Counted from the first letter of the whole stretch, positions 30,101 to 43,030 are shown. The stretch: DNA of 63,911 nt, filler included, from Reclinomonas americana ATCC 50394 (GCA_048213135.1; 21 parts of 21 records of this genome joined end to end with filler, not necessarily neighbours in it); one strand, 5' to 3'. Notes: generated from the letters alone by a model not told the origin. Translations and numbers: made by a program.

Positions 30101-31782
30101 CTTCTCATCTTTATCTCGTTTCTTTTCTCCTCTTATCTCAATGCTGATACTCTTCTCGTTTCGTGGCAGGCTGATGCTCGGCTGGTACTACACTCCGCCC
30201 TCCATCACTGGCTCGTTGTACGAGCGGTGTCTCGGTCCGGAGCAGTTTGCCACACTGACCGAATCCATTCGACAGTTCCACCGCGGTGCTGCAGTCGGGG
30301 AGACGTCGGTGGTGGCGCTTGGTCGCACGCGGGTGGATCGCGCCGACAGCAAGGTGGCCTCCATGCTGGCCACTCTTTTGCGGTTGCCACGACAGACATC
30401 GGCCGTTGCGTCGCTCTGCAGAGAAAAGTGTGATGATGATTTTTTTGCTCATGTTCGTGCGGCAGATGGATTTTGACGAGCCACTGTACACGCGCGTGCG
30501 TGCCACCAAGGACGGGTGTGAAGTGTGGACGCGCAAGTTTGGCAAGGCGGAGATTGTGTTTGGTGAGTGGTTGGGGTTGAGAAGGGGTCGATGTGAAGAG
30601 CACTGTCGAGAAGACACATCTTCCCCTGTTGCTGTGCTGATTATCGCGCGACAGAAACCGTACAATGGACGCGACAAGAGTGCTTGGTAGAGGAAGGACC
30701 ACTGGGTCTGCGCTTTGTGTTTGACTTGGAGCCGGATGGACAGGGCGGATTCGAGCATTTGCATGTTGGTAAGTGAAATCATGATGGTCTGTGTATTCCT
30801 TAAGNNNNNNNNNNNNNNNNNNNNNNNNNNNNNNNNNNNNNNNNNNNNTTAATTAATTAANNNNNNNNNNNNNNNNNNNNNNNNNNNNNNNNNNNNNNNN
30901 NNNNTTTTTTCACTCCACCCCGTGTCTCTCTTCCGTTCGATGTTGGCCTATTTCTCTCATGTATCCTGTCTCCATCGTTTGTCTCCGAAATCTATCGTTG
31001 TTTCCTCTATACTGTCTTATTCCATTCACTCTTCCTGCTCTGCTTCTCCCCTCCCGCTTCTCCTTGTTTTGTCTTCCATTATCTTCCATTTTCTCGCATC
31101 TTGTTCGCCCTTCTCTTTCTATTGCCCTCTCGCGTGCTGTTACTGGTCGGCTTCGTTGCTTGTCTCTACTGTGCTTCTCCCCTCTCGCTTGTACCTTGAC
31201 ACCTTCGTCTTCTTTGTTCTCTTTCCTTCCCATCCATTTTTTCGCATCTTATTCTCCCCATTGCTCTCGCTTGCGCTCTCTCTGTCCCTTCCATATGTCG
31301 TCTTCTTAATCGCTACTTCTGTTCGTCTTTTTCTTTTCTCTGCTCTGCCTCTCCTCTCTCCCTTGTACCTCTACACCTTGTCTCCTTGTTTTTTCTTCAA
31401 ATTCCCTTCCATCTTCTCGCTTCTTGTTTGTGACCATTCACACCCCATTTCTCTTGCCCTTCTCTTTCTTTTGTCATCGCGTTTCTTGTCTTCCGTGTTT
31501 CTTTGTATTCGTACTCCTCTCTTTGTCGCTCGTCATTGCCATTCTCACTCGCTTTCTCCGTCCCTCTGTCCTCGCCTCCACTTCAACACCTTCGTCTTCC
31601 CCTCCCTCCCCGCTCTTGTCTCTTTTTCTCCTTTCCTGCCCCTGTCCTCTGGATTCCCCTCCCCACCCCTCTCTCCTCAGGTCCGCGTCCCCATATGGGC
31701 CGAGCGCTTTGTCGGGCCCGGCGGCGTCATGCTGCAGTACCGCGGAGTGATTGATACGATATCCAAGGTGCTGGAGAAGTAA
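27101..31782 (+). CDS. FAD-dependent monooxygenase fused to a C-terminal DUF4166-like domain; 5' end in gap
   Basis: GGGIGLWG, AADGIRSTVR, YSGYTYFR and ILTGDAAHAPAPNLAQGAGLALED. These are followed by FATLTESIRQFH...EVWTRKFG...LVEEGPLGLRFVFDL...MLQYRG. Confidence 0.85.
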
Positions 31783-31914
31783 TATATAGAGATCACCTGC
31801 CCCTTCATTGGTCTTCACGACACTGCATCGCTATTTTTTCGTCGTGTGGGCGAGCTCCTTGTGCGATCTTCATCTCGCCGAGCAGCGCGCATGCATGATC
31901 TCCTGCACTCGGTC

Positions 31915-33102
31915 TCACCGCGCCTCCAAAAATCGCCTTCGCACCTCCAACGCACGCGTGTACAACTCGGGGTCGAGTCCATTCACCACCTGCAGCACAC
32001 GCGCCTCACACACCAACGCGGCTCCCAGCATGGCATCATCGCCGTCATCGTCGTCATCACCACTGCGGCCTCGCGAAAAGAGCGTTCCAATCACCAGCAC
32101 CACATCGTCGACAGCAGGCGGTGCCTGGCTGAGCAGTTGCAGACTGACGCGTAACCGTGAGTCGCCCAGCGGGTCGCGGATCACCAGGAGGTCGTCGGCG
32201 AGGTGGATGGCGGCGACTCTGAGAGAGGAAGTGAGAATGGAGGAGGAGGAGGAAGAAGGAGAAGGAGAGAAGGGGAGGAAGGAGGAGAAGAAAGGAAAAG
32301 AGAGAGAGAGGATGAAGGAGAGCGCTGAGAGAAGAGGAGGAGTTGTCTGTGGAGACAAGCACACCATTGGGAAGCGAGAGACGGACGGAGAGGTAGTGTG
32401 CGTGAGAGATAGGCATCGAGAAAGGGAGTGAGAGAACTTCTCTGCTCAGTTGTCTCTGAGTTTTCATTGCAGGTTGAATGAACAAGACGGAAGAGACAAG
32501 GAAGGCATAGAGATAGAGGGAGGAGGAGGAGGAGGGGGAGAGAATACAGAGAAGGACGTGTGAGAGCCTTGTAAGATGAAGAGGAGTCGTCTGCACAGAC
32601 AACTGCGGAAAGACAGAGAGAGTGAAGGAAAGAGAGAGAGAGAGTGAGAGAGAGAGAGTAAGAGGGAGAGAAAAAAAAAGGGAGGACTTGAGAGAGCCTT
32701 ATAAGANNNNNNNNNNNNNNNNNNNNNNNNNNNNNNNNNNNNNNNNNNNNTTAATTAATTAANNNNNNNNNNNNNNNNNNNNNNNNNNNNNNNNNNNNNN
32801 NNNNNNGAAAGACACAGAGAGTGAAGGATAGAGAGAGAGAGAAAAGAGAGAGAAAGAGAATCAGCGATCACAGAGTGATGAATGCACAACAATCAATGCC
32901 TTTTCCCTTTCCCTCTCTCTCTCCCCCTCTCTTATGCCTCTGCCCCTCTCTCACACCCCTCATTGTGCCCGTCTCTCTCACATACACACACACTCAACTT
33001 TCCCATCACTCGCACACATCGCCCGACTGCTGCAGCACCCTGCTCAAGCACCTCTCCAATATGCATCGCTTCTCCATGCTTCATGTCCACATTGAATGCC
33101 AT
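31915..33102 (-). CDS. TEN1: CST complex subunit TEN1 (OB fold); exons 33102-32999 and 32218-31915
   Basis: GRCVRVMGK...VLVIGTL...EARVLQVVNGLDPELYTRALEVRRRFL matches the TEN1 pattern. Confidence 0.8.
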
Positions 33103-33435
33103 TCTCCTCAAGAGATAAATGAACGATCGGAAAAACAAAATTGGAGAAGGACAAGTCGCGAAGTCAGAAGACTGTTCCACTCACAGATGAACAATGAGAC
33201 GTCGCTGGAGAGGACTATCGCATCCCAAGAAACACACACAATAGCGAGAGCAGTGGACTATAGGAATTGAGGGAAGGAAATGACTCATGTGCCTCTCGTT
33301 ACACAATGAACGGCTCCTAAGTGGAGACCGATCACCACCATGTTGACCGCAAGAGACGCAGAGGAGCAAAGGAATTGCAGCATTCAATGGAGCACTACAT
33401 CAGCAGCGGCATTGGTGGCATGCCCTTCCTGTCTG

Positions 33436-36249
33436 TTACATCGTATCGCAGTTCGGAGGCGGTGGCATGGCGGCAGTCTCACACGTCGCCTTGCAGTCGA
33501 CAAAGCTGCCACTGGGGGTGCTGAAGCGCGCAAACGACGTGGCGCCTGAGCAGCGACCCGGGTCGGCGATGCATTCGCAGTTGGGGCCACTGTTGGGCGC
33601 ATTGCACTTGCAGTAGCCGGCGACGCACAGGCCGCCGTTGATGGCTTGTCCGTTGGTCAGCTTGGCGCCGGCCTCCACCGAGAGGCAGTCGGCGTGCACC
33701 ATGCACTGTGCGCGAGAGAGCGAGCAGTAGAGACCGTCGAAGCCTGCGTTGCAGACGCACTTGCCGCTGCCGTTGCATGTGCCGTTGCCGTTGCAGGTGG
33801 TGGCGGCGTCGCAGTAGACGGAGCAGGAGGAGCCGAAGAAGTCGGAGTTGCAGACGCAGGTGGCTTCACCGGTGCAGGTGCCATTGCCGCTGCAGGTGGT
33901 GGAGGCCTGTGTGGAAGGGGATTTAGGGGAAGGGGAAGGGGGAAGAGACGGAGGAAGAGAAGGGTGAGGGAGGAAGGGGCAGGGGAAGGAGAGGGGAGAG
34001 GAAAGGGTGGAGAAAAAGGGGGGAGAGGGGGAAGAGAAGTGGAAGGGGAAGGGGGGAAGATCATGGGGAAAGAGAAGGGAAAGAGAAGGGAAAGAGAGGG
34101 CAAGAGGAAGGGGAATGAGAAGGGGAAGAGAGCGGAAAGAGAGGGGGAAGAGCAAGGGGGAAGAGAGAGGGGCGAAGAGAGGGAGAGAGAGGACGCAAAC
34201 AAGAAGAGGGGGTTTGAGAGGAGGTGGGCTGCCAGAGTCATAGAGTGGAGAGGAATGGAAGACACGAGACACAGCGAGAGAAGCGAGAAGGAAGGAGGCA
34301 AGAGGAGTGGTCCGTTGTGTGAGCAAGCTCCTGTCCTCACCCCTCCAATCACCTTTGCCTTCTTCTCTATCTTCTCTCTCTCCCCTTCCCATCGCACTCA
34401 CCTGGCAGAACTTCTCACACTTCGTGCCATAGTAGTTGACGGCGCACTGATCGCACGCCGCGCCGGTCCAGTTCTTCGTGTAGCACACGCACGAGCCGGT
34501 GCTGTCGCAGGTTCCGCGACCGGTGCAAGTGGTGGCCGCAGTGCAGTACTTGTTGCACGTCGCCCCNNNNNNNNNNNNNNNNNNNNNNNNNNNNNNNNNN
34601 NNNNNNNNNNTTAATTAATTAANNNNNNNNNNNNNNNNNNNNNNNNNNNNNNNNNNNNNNNNNNNNCGTGGCGCCGTAGTAGTTTGGCTTGCACTGGTTG
34701 CACGAGGCGCCGGTGAAGTTGCCGGTGCACACACACTGACCGCTGGCGTTGCAGGTGCCGTTGCCGTTGCAGGTGGTCGCCGCATCGCAGAAGACGTTGC
34801 ACGTGGCACCGTAGTAGTTGGTGTTGCACTGGCACGCTCCGGCAGTGCTGCAGGTGCCGTTGTTGTTGCAGATGGCGGGCGAGCACTTTTGATCGCACTT
34901 GCTGCCGAACGAGCCGGCGTTGCAGACGCACGCGCCGGCGCTGGTGCACGAGGTCGCGTTGTTTGAGCAGGTCACGAACGGGTGGCATGAGCAGAAGGGG
35001 CCAGTCCAGCTGCGTGAGGGGGAGAGGGGTGAGAGGGGTGGGAGGGAGAGCGGAAGGTGGGTGTACTCACGTGGCGCACACGTTAGCACCGCTAGTGGCG
35101 GTGAAGCAGTTGTTGTGGCAGACGCACTTGCCGCCAGAGCAGTAGCCCTGGAGAGGGAGAAGGGAGACGGTGAGGGAAAGGTCAGGGAAGAGGAAGGGGA
35201 TGAGGGAAGAGGAAGAGGTTGAACAGCGAAATCGAGAGTGGAAGAGGAAGTTCAAACGCGCATGTGAGACAACAGGGAGGAGTGAAGACGGGCCTTCTGT
35301 GTCAAGGGTCCACCGTGGATCCAGAAAGAGGGAAGACCAAGAGGACAAGAATGAGACAGACTCTCGGAGAGGAAAGAAAAGGAGGAGGACGATGAGGCTC
35401 CAAGGCACCACGTGCACGAGTTGTCACGACAAGTGTAGGAGACTTGGGAGAGGAAGCATTCGAAGGCGCACTCGTTTAAGAAGTGAGAAGTCCACAAGGT
35501 CAGAAAGACGTCAGGAGTGCATTCTTTACGACAAGTGCAGGAGAGGTGAAGAGGAAGAAGTCTCCTTCACAATACTTGCAGTGCAATGCATGCCGAGGAG
35601 GGAAGAGGAGGTTTAATGTGAGACAGGGAGGAGGAGTGAAGACGGCCCTTCTAGTGTCAAGGATCAACGGTGGATCCAGGGAGAGAGAAGAGCAGGTTAG
35701 ACTCCAATTGCAAAGTGCAGATCTGAGCCCATGAGGAGAGGAAGAAAGTGCTCTCCTTCCACTGCAAAGGATCAGCGGTGGATCTTGGAAGAGGGAAGAG
35801 CAGGAGGACGCAAACGAGACAGACTCCAATTGCAAAGTGCAGATCTGGAGCTCGAGGTGATCATGAGCTCATGAGGAGAGGAAGATGCAGCGCTCGTTCA
35901 ACTGCCAAGGATCAACCGTGGATCCAGTGAGAGGGCAGCTAGGTTCCAAGACAGAAGTGCATTCTCAAGTGGGGTTTTCCACGATCTTGATATCAATGTA
36001 CATGGCAAACCCCTTAGGAAAAAATTAAACACAGTTGCAATGAAGACAAAAACGCAACATTCACTCCGCACTCGTTGCCAGTGGCAGTGCATGTGCCGCC
36101 TGCGCAAAACGTTGCACAAGTGAGTGTGACAGAGAGAAAGAGAGAGAGAGTGAGTGAGTGAGTGAGTGAGTCGACTTGCCTTGAGCACGCGCCACACTGG
36201 CCACCGCGATGAGGCACACCACAAAGAGAGCAATGTTGAGAGTCGACAT
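33436..36249 (-). CDS. Secreted cysteine-rich EGF/laminin-EGF repeat protein, multi-exon
   Basis: Signal peptide MSTLNIALFVVCLIAVASVARAQ, tandem CxxxxTCxGNGTCxxxGxCxCxxxxxGxxC repeats, and no TM segment seen. Confidence 0.88.
35270..35930 (+). repeat. Intronic degenerate repeats in EGF gene intron
   Basis: gaggagtgaagacgg-ccttct-gtgtcaagg-tc-ac-gtggatccag and gactccaattgcaaagtgcagatctg each recur 2-4 times. Confidence 0.7.
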
Positions 36250-38227
36250 GCGGTCTGTGTGAGAAAGAGGGTGTGTGTGGAGTGAGTGAGAGACATGTCA
36301 CACATGACGCACACTGAACTCGGAAAAACAAATGACGAGACAAGAGTGACTGAGAGTGAGTGAGTGAGTGAGTGAGTGTGAGAGAGAGACAATGAGAGAG
36401 CAAGATGCGAGTGTAAAGTGTGAGAGAGCAAGAGTGTGTGTGTGTGAGTGAGAGGTGACGCGCACATGCGAGTGTGTGTTTGTTGTGATGAGTGTGCAAG
36501 GGAGAAGTGACAAGAACCAGGTGGTTTCTGTTGACGTGGTTTCTGCGCTCACCGAAAGGCGTTTGAGAAAATGAATGAATGAATCTCGCAAAAGCCTTGA
36601 GCCTTCCCGATTTGGTGTCGGAGAAATGCAATGCAATATTTGTTCGCGCGGGGATATTTTCATTGGCTGCATGGGTGGGTGCGGGTGCGTCTCGCTGTTG
36701 TGGTGGTGGGCATGGAGTTCTTGTGAGGGTGTACATGTACACTCTCATTTCACGAACACGCTCCTGTCGATATCGATATCAGAAAAGAGCCGGAATGAGG
36801 AAGCCGGCAACAACAGCAACAACTTTACTAATCCAAAAAGAAACACAGCTGCATGATGATCACCATCTTGAGTGAGCACCAGAAACTCAGACATCACGAA
36901 AAAAAGGTGTTTTGCTGGTAATCGATCCCTATTTTGACCCGTCAATTTCTCAGTTGACACCCGCATGATCCACCATCCCACAACTGCAGATCACCTCTCT
37001 CCACTCCTGCGCCCATAATCACTCTCCACTCCCCTACTAATCAAGTGAGAGAGGCCATGGCAAGCGCATCCTTCGATGAACTCAGCTCTCTTGCAAGTGC
37101 TTGTCCTCGACTGTGGGTCCGCAGCACGAGGCAGCACACCCGTTGATCGGCATTCGCCTGCCGGTTGACACCCCCCGCGGTCTGCGTGCTCATTGCGAGC
37201 ACGTAGTCAGCAACCCCGCGTTGACCAGCTTGCTGGTTGACAATTACGACGGTCTTGCGTGCTCCTCGTGAGCACGTGAGACTTGTACCTGCGCTGCCGC
37301 ACTCCTCTCTCTTTTTGTTTTTTGCCCCCTCTCAAAGCGTTACAAAAATCGGCAACAACTTACATGTACTACTACTGAGGCAAACAAAAAACACAAAATG
37401 AACCATCCTCCTCCGGAGGATCCNNNNNNNNNNNNNNNNNNNNNNNNNNNNNNNNNNNNNNNNNNNNTTAATTAATTAANNNNNNNNNNNNNNNNNNNNN
37501 NNNNNNNNNNNNNNNNNNNNNNNTCGGTGAGGACAAATGGGAAGGGGGAAGGGAGGGAATGGGGAAGGGAGGGGAAGGGGAAGGGAGAGAGAGATGAGAA
37601 CAAGAGGACTGCGTTCTCTGCCGACACGTGTCGGAGTCGGTCGCCTTTTGCACACTTGCCCTCTTTGTCCCTTCTCTCAGCATTCTTGGCCATCTCTTTT
37701 CGTCTCCGCAACAAACACTCCATTTGTGTTCCTCTCCGGTTCACTGTCTGCTAGTCTCCATGCTATCCATCACTGCATATCCCATGCTTCGTCCACTTTC
37801 ACTGTCAGTTGTAGAATGCCTCTCTTTTCGTGGCCCTCCACCTTCTCTCCGTTCCTCAGTTCACCATGTTTCTCCTCCTGTCGCTTCCTCCACTTCACTC
37901 TCTGCTTCTTTTGTGCCCCTATTCGCAGCCTCTACTCTCCTCAACTGTGACACATCGCTGACAATTCTTTGTCACTCAACACTTCCTTTCAACTCACCCT
38001 CGCCACTTCGCTCACTGTCTCTTGTCCTCTTCGGCGCTTCTCACTGCAGCGCTTCCTATTGATCTTCTGCATCTCCTTCTTAGCTCTCTTCCCTCGCTTT
38101 AAACGTCTCTTAACTCTCATTCTCCTGTCCTTTACCGCCCCATCTCATCACTTCCTTTAAAACTTCTGCCTTTGTCTCTCTCGACGTTCCCTTTCCCCAT
38201 TCCCTCCCCCTCCCGTTCCCACTCACA

Positions 38228-38740
38228 TTAAACTCCGCAAACGGCAAGCACTCTGGCAACGGCGCCCCCAGCACATACGTCTCCAACCCGACCACGCCGT
38301 CCTGCGTCATACCCACGCGTCCCAGACGACTCAACAGCGCCGCCATCTGAAACCACTCCGCCTCGCCCTTGCCGCGCGCCACCTCCGCCACCAAGTACCC
38401 CTCTGGCTCGTCCTCCAGCGCGTCCCACACCATCATCGGCCGCGCAAACACCGCCTGCTTCTCGCGACACTCGCGCACATGCGCAATCGTCTGTGTGGCG
38501 CGTTGTGCGTGGTAGGCGGCCTCGCGCGGGTCCTCGTCGCCAGCGACACTAATGAACTCGTCGCTCTCAGTGTCCATGCGCATCACTGGCGAGTGATCGG
38601 CACTGGCGGGTGCTGTTGGTGCGGGCGACATGGGCGAGAGACAACTCACACCAATCGTGTTGGTCGTGTTGGTCGTGTTCACCGTGCTCACGTGCGTGAG
38701 CGCATGCTGTTTTGTGTGGGATGCGAGCTGCTCCTCCATG
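38228..38740 (-). CDS. Unknown protein, first exon (rest not resolved)
   Basis: GC3-rich ORF MEEQLASH...ETYVLGAPLPECLPFAEFN ending at a GTGAGT donor. No family was recognised. Confidence 0.6.
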
Positions 38741-39147
38741 CTCGGTGGTGTCGGCGGAAAGCGGTTATAACGAGCATGAGACGCGACGCGCGTGGCAGGT
38801 GTGAAAAGGAGGTGCGCTGGACAATGGTGGACAGATGACGTGGTAAGAAGGGGAAGGGGAAGGAAGGGCGAAGGGTAGTGGCTGAAGGAGGAGAAGCACA
38901 ACGTGGTCGCCAATCGAGCTGTTTGTACGATGAGAGACCCGATCGCGATATCGAAGTTATGTCAATTTCGATATCTCGCTTGCCGAATGCAGACGGCATC
39001 ACGGCTGCATGATGCTCACTTTCTAAAGCGGATACTTTGAAAGGACCACCGATATGGAACCTCTCCGGCAACATGACAAGCTCTCTTCGGTTTCAACTAC
39101 GTCACACCACCACTGTTTTTGCTTTGCCTGCTTCACGGATCCGGACC

Positions 39148-39510
39148 CGGCTTTGCTTTGTTTGCCTGGCTTATGGCCTTTCCCCGAATTCGATGTGTCG
39201 TGTACGATCGCAGAAAACGCTATGCGTCTATGCAACTGCGTCAAATCCTCTGTTCAACGCCGCTTATGCGGCGAAGATCGCAGTTCTCGACTTGTTCGCA
39301 GCTCCGTGAGCGAACACACACACACACATGGAACCTGCTGCTGCCTCAAGATTGGTGTCTGTGTTGATGTTTTGGATACGGTTGAACTTGGTCATCAAGA
39401 CAGCTGTTGCTTGTTTGTTGGTGAATGAATTTGTTGTATTTCGCAATATCGGAATTTATATCGATCGTGAATTCAAAAGCACTTGCAAATGCAGGCAGGA
39501 ATTATATGTG
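39148..39510 (+). repeat. Dispersed repeat family, copy B
   Basis: Aligns with the reverse complement of 62465-62823 (ggctttgctttgttt..tgcgtctatgca..tgcgtcaaatcc-ctgttcaa..gctgctgcctca-ga-tgg-gt-tgtgttgatgttttgga) and with 829-1037. Confidence 0.88.
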
Positions 39511-39932
39511 CTGCGCGAGAGAGCGGCTACACTTGTTTTCTCAGCGTTTTTGACACGCTACGCCGCGAGATAAAGGGTTGCATGAACGAAATTTCGACTT
39601 GTCCGTTGTGATTTTTCGGAGAAATTGGACGACGCGTGTGAGAAAGAGTGAGAATGAGCGCAGGGCATCGTCCGTCGCGCAAGGTGTGTGACTTGAGCAG
39701 CAGAGAGCGACAAGTGAGAGACAGGGTGAGAGAGACTGAGAAAGGGAAGTGATCTTTCGAGATTGTTCTTTCACGTGCACGCTCACTCTGTCGCGTGTGA
39801 TTGTGTACGCGAGTAAGAGAGAATAGAGAGGGAGAGAGGGAGAGTAAGAGTAAGAGAATCAGTGGTGTGAGAAGAGATCTCACGGTCGCGAGTGACGGAG
39901 AATGAAAGAAAGAGAGACAGATAGAGCAAGAG

Positions 39933-39967
<35 letters not shown>

Positions 39968-40534
39968 AAGAGAGAGAGAGAGCAAGAGAGAACGTGTGTG
40001 TGTGTGTGTGTGTGTGCGAACGGAACAAAGCACTCATTCCCCGGTCGGTTTTCGCCTCTTTTCTCTCGCGGTCTCCTTGATTTCCTCGGCCATCTGTGTC
40101 AGCCTTGTCCTTTGCTCTCGTCCTTGTCTGTTCACCAAAGCCCACTCACGCTCACATCGTGAGTCCACTCTCCTTGTTCCCCTCTGTTGCCCTCTTTCCC
40201 CATCTCTTCCCCTTCTCTTCCCCCTTCNNNNNNNNNNNNNNNNNNNNNNNNNNNNNNNNNNNNNNNNNNNNTTAATTAATTAANNNNNNNNNNNNNNNNN
40301 NNNNNNNNNNNNNNNNNNNNNNNNNNNTCTCCCTCTCTCCTCTCTCCCTCTCTCCCTCTCTCCCTCTCTCCTCTCTCCTCTCTCCTCTCTCCTCTCTCCT
40401 CCCTCACCCTTCCTCCTTCCCCCTTCACCTTCCCTCTTCTCTCCCCCCTTCTCTCCCCCTTCTCTCCCCCCCTCTCTCTCCCCCTCCTTCCCCTCCTTCC
40501 CCTCCCCATCTCACTTCCCCTCTCCTCTCCGCAG

Positions 40535-43030
40535 TTCCTTGAACGAGTGGAACGCAATGTGGTCCGCTCACGACGTGTGGTGGACCTGCTGAGCTCGTTG
40601 AACGAGCTAAAGGCCGTGTACTTTTCCGATTACGGGTGAGCTCAACACACTCCCTCTCCCTTTCTCTCTTTGCTTCCCCCGCCCTCACCCCTTCTCCTCC
40701 TCCTCTAGCCACCAGGAAACCGTCCGCCTCCGCCAAGAACTCGAAGCCGAAGCACCCTTCTCCACCTTTGGCACCGAGGCCTCGTCCATGGTCGACGAGC
40801 ACTGGGACGCCACGCTGCAGCACCACCCGCATCATCATCACCAACAGCAGCACCACCACCAGCACCACCCGCAGCCTGCTGGCTCCCGTGGCACCGCCGT
40901 GCAACGACTGGCGATCCCCGCCGACCGCGTGTCGTCCTCGGCGCCCACCTCGTCGCGTCAGCACCTCACCCCCCGCGAGCAGGCCTCGGCGACCGCCATG
41001 TCGGCCGGCCAGTCGCCGCGCTCCCCACGCGCCTACGTCATGGGCGTCAGTGGGGCGCCGGCACCGCCGTCGCAGCAGCAGCAGCAGCATGCATCACAGC
41101 CGCCACCCCCGTCGCAGATTCAGCTGCTGGCAGCAGCGGCGGCGGCCGTGAATGGAAACGGCAATGGCACTCCCTCGCCCTACTCGTCGCCCATGTCGGG
41201 TGCCGGCGATGCGGGTGACGTGGTGAATCGTGTCGATCTGGCGCTGGCCGCCTCGGCGTCGCCGCTGACGAATGGTCACGCACACGCGTCGCATCGCTTT
41301 GTCGTGGGCGACAGCGAGGAAGATGGTGCGGAGGAGGGGGAGGAAGGGGAGGAGGAGGACGAGGAAGAAGACGAGGATGAGGAGGAAGACACGTTGGACG
41401 CCACCATGGCACAGCCGTTGCCGCTGACGGCGCACACGCAGCCGGCGGTGGAGGCGCTGCGCAGTCGCCTGTCGCGTCGCGCGGGCCAGCATTTGCGTAC
41501 CGAGAGTGGCAACCTCACTGGCATTGCCACGCTGGCCATGAGCTCGCCCTCGGCCAGCCTGCTGTCATTACAGTCGCCGCAGACGTACTCGCCCGGCGCC
41601 TCCAGCGTCGGCTCGATGCCCGAGGCCGTGTCGCCGATGAACAACATTGAGGATGCGTTGCATGTGGAGGGCGAGAGCCCGTTGCCGCGAAATCGCCGCC
41701 CCTCTGGCCTGCGCGTGGACACGACGCAGAGTGCCGTGTCGAGTCCGGTCGCCGGCGCACCGCACGGCCGGTTGGTGGGTGTGACTCCGATGAATACGCC
41801 GACGGCGGCGGCCGGTCGGCATGCGGCGTCTGTGTTTTCGTCGCCGGCGGCGGCGGCGCCGGCGTCGCGTGCGGTCACCATGGAGGATTTGATGAGTGTG
41901 TTGAGGCAGAGGGCGGGGGATTCGTCGTCGGGTGAGTATGTAGGGAAAGGGAGGAGAAGGGAGGGAAAGGGAGGAGAAGGGAGAGGGAGATGGAGAGGAG
42001 AAGGGAGAGAGGGAGAAGAGAAGCAGGGAGAAGTGGAGAGGGAGAGAGGGAGAAGTGGAGAGGGAGAGAGGGAGAGGGAGAAATGGCGAGGGACAAGGAA
42101 AGATGCGAGAAGAAATGAGAGAACGGCGTTGTGAGGATAAGTGAGGAGGAGTGAGACGGAAAAGGGTTAAGGTGATAGGAGACGAAGACGATAAGAGGGA
42201 TCGTAATAGGAATAGAGAGTGGAGTTGGGATGAGAGTTGCGAGAAGGAGAAGATACAGAGCAATGCTTACAGTGACGGACAGCGTGAGAGAAGGAGAGAG
42301 GGGAGATGAGTGTGCGAGGGAGAAGGAGAAGAGAGGGAGAGAACAGAGAGGGACAAGGAAACATGCGTGAGACGAAATGAGAGAATGGGTTTGTAAGGAT
42401 AAGTGAGGGCGAGTGAGTGAGGATGTTAGGATAATTGGGACGGAAAAAGGTTGAGGTAATGTGAGTGAAGGAGTGTGGACTGAGAAGGGAGAGGAGATGT
42501 GAGAGGAGACGAAGTCGAAAATAGTGCAAGAAGGAGAAGTGACAGACGGCGATGCAAGAGATGAAGAGAAGATGACGAAGGTGAAAGAGCACGAAAGCAG
42601 AAGCGACGTTGCACAATGAGCCAGAAGAGAGAAAGCGTTGGATGCGAAGATTGTTCATGAATGCAGAGGCAATGTTCGCGTCATTCTCCTGAAGCACTGT
42701 TTATGCGTTTCGCGCTTCATCCATTCTTCCACAATCGTTCGCCGTCGGTGTGTTCTTCCTCTTGCGAGAACGACGATGGAGCAAAAGGATTCTCCTTGGC
42801 CTGCTCTGCTAACTTGCTCCCCTCCCTCCTTCTCTGCTTCACAGATGGCTCGCCCGTCAGCCCTGTACCGGGACGGTCTTCAAGTGCCGCCTCGTCGCCG
42901 GCCGGTGCGCCACAAAGGGTGAGATTAATTGCGTTTCTCTCTCTCTCTCCCATTTCACCTTCTCTCTCGCTGACTCAGAACTCTCCTGCAGCGCAACGAC
43001 AGCTGGAGCACGTTTGTCGGTGACCGATGA
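40535..43030 (+). CDS. Unknown protein, 3' part with long low-complexity/disordered tail
   Basis: Exons 40535-40636, 40709-41931, 42845-42918 and 42992-43030 splice in frame. A conserved-looking FLERVERNVVRSRRVVDLLSSLNELKAVYFSDYG segment is followed by H/Q, acidic and S/P-rich tracts. Confidence 0.7.

Noticed and set aside
37057..37423. Possible small plus-strand gene (MASASFDELSSLA...)
   Set aside because: No consistent exon chain or recognisable motif could be supported.
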